A stretch of DNA of 63,927 nucleotides, counting the filler, from Octopus bimaculoides (lineage: Eukaryota): assembly GCF_001194135.2 (NCBI RefSeq). It is 9 parts of 7 records of this genome, joined end to end, with 100 filler letters (N's around TTAATTAATTAA, not from the genome) between each part and the next. Parts side by side here need not be neighbours in the genome. Positions count along the whole stretch, not along the records: positions 62,491 to 63,927 come from NW_026426535.1; 8 more parts are not named here. The stretch is one strand, 5' to 3'. The notes below the pieces were generated by a model. That model did no database searches and was not told the origin of the DNA. It worked only from the letters and a program-made list of their open reading frames with translations. Made by a program: the position numbers and the translations under genes. Shown piece by piece: positions 62,491-63,927 of the stretch. How positions within the stretch are numbered: position 1 is the stretch's first letter; each line of letters begins with the position of its first letter.

Positions 62491-63485
62491 GCTGGAAGAA
62501 TACCCAATTATTATTACACTAGTGTTTTTCCTTCGTATTATTAAGTGCAATAAATGGGTACAGGTAAAATGATATTTTACCCTTAATTTATATAGCAATA
62601 AGAAAATGGAGGGGAATAGATGGTATTCATCAACTTGCAGACAATGTATTGTGTCAATTTACCTGTTTATTTGTTAACTAAGAGGACAATAATAACAATA
62701 TACAAACACATGCGACATATTATGCCATATCAGTAATTAAAAAAAGGACATCTAGTGACTGAAAATGGGACAATGACTTACAGCCGTTTCAGTCTAGGTA
62801 TGACATGCCTCATTCTATCTATATAACTCCAGTAGGCTGAAGTAATTGATAGATGAAATGGATGAAATAGAGGTACATGGATGATTCTCTAGGCCTCTTC
62901 AGAGATTTTTTATAAAGTTCATGAAGTTAATTTAAAATATCAAAATATAAACATAAAAAATCATAAAAATTCACATATATATGCATACTTTAACATATAT
63001 AGATATACATAAACATAAATACATATATGTACATTTAAATGCACTTAAACAAACGTCTATACATGCACACCAATGAGTCAATTATTATTGTTATTATACA
63101 TGAGGAGGACACATATATATACCCACCCACACATACATACATACATACACATATGTATACATAAACATTCCCGTACAGACATGTTCCCTGGTACATACGC
63201 ATTTGTTGCGTTTGGAAAGGAGGACTGGTGCATTGGTTCTTATCGCTATATTTCCAGCAAAATGTCCAGATCAATATATATATATATATATATTTATATA
63301 TAGATTCAAGGTGAATATGGAACTTAAGTTTAGGCACCAGAATTAAGTATGGCATTATCCATACAATTTGAGAATAAGGTGATTAAAATCAAAAGAAGCA
63401 ACAAGGACATCCAAAGTTAAAATATATTAATATATATGTATATATATATATATAAATGTATGTGTGTATATATAGGTATGTATAC

Positions 63486-63531
<46 letters not shown>

Positions 63532-63927
63532 GTATGTATGTATATATAGGTATGTATATACATATGTATATATATATATAAATGTATATATTATATTACA
63601 ATTAATAAGAGGAATGGCCACCAAAGTGGATTCCTATGTCCTGAGGATAGACGTCAAATAGCCTTACCATGAAGAGTGTGTTCTCAAGAAAACAATCTCA
63701 GCAAACTCCAGAATGTAAAAAATAAGACAAATGAAAATATACAAAATAAAGCGATTACCTGCGTATCATGAATTTATTATTAACACTTGCAAAATGCAAG
63801 TATCTGTAACTCCTCAACGTAGCCTGTCTTATTTCAAAACATATAAATGTGTATATATATATACATACATATATGTATATGCAGAGATGCTCAAAATATC
63901 TGGCAGTGTTGGCTATAGCCTAGTCAC

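Overview
AT-rich, gap-ridden eukaryotic genomic DNA. The SINE and microsatellite repertoire points to an octopod cephalopod (inferred from memory of these repeats, not from a database search). Eight artificial 100-nt spacers (44 N + TTAATTAATTAA + 44 N) cut the window into nine pieces whose mutual order and orientation are unverified. Almost all ORFs in the supplied track are artefacts of microsatellites or N runs. Supported content: (1) internal exons of a divergent gelsolin/villin-family gene on the + strand (37511-37526, 37590-37692, 39335-39395; probably also 33100-33171 and 34612-34635), including 16- and 24-nt micro-exons; (2) a full-length but dead mariner with intact TIRs and TA duplication, a Tc1 end, a second mariner remnant and a hAT-type MITE; (3) three Penelope-like (PLE) coding remnants, two L1/Tx1-like 3' ends and an R4/Dong-like endonuclease end at (AAT)n; (4) many tRNA-derived SINEs of at least four families; (5) several minisatellites. 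The most interesting object is a ~845-bp non-coding element at 29541-30384. It carries a complete type I hammerhead ribozyme (29856-29927, minus strand), a second atypical hammerhead 317 nt downstream, a ~116-bp direct repeat and a ~141-bp inverted repeat, which fits a non-autonomous PLE-derived or retrozyme-like mini-element. No rRNA, true tRNA gene or CRISPR array is supported.
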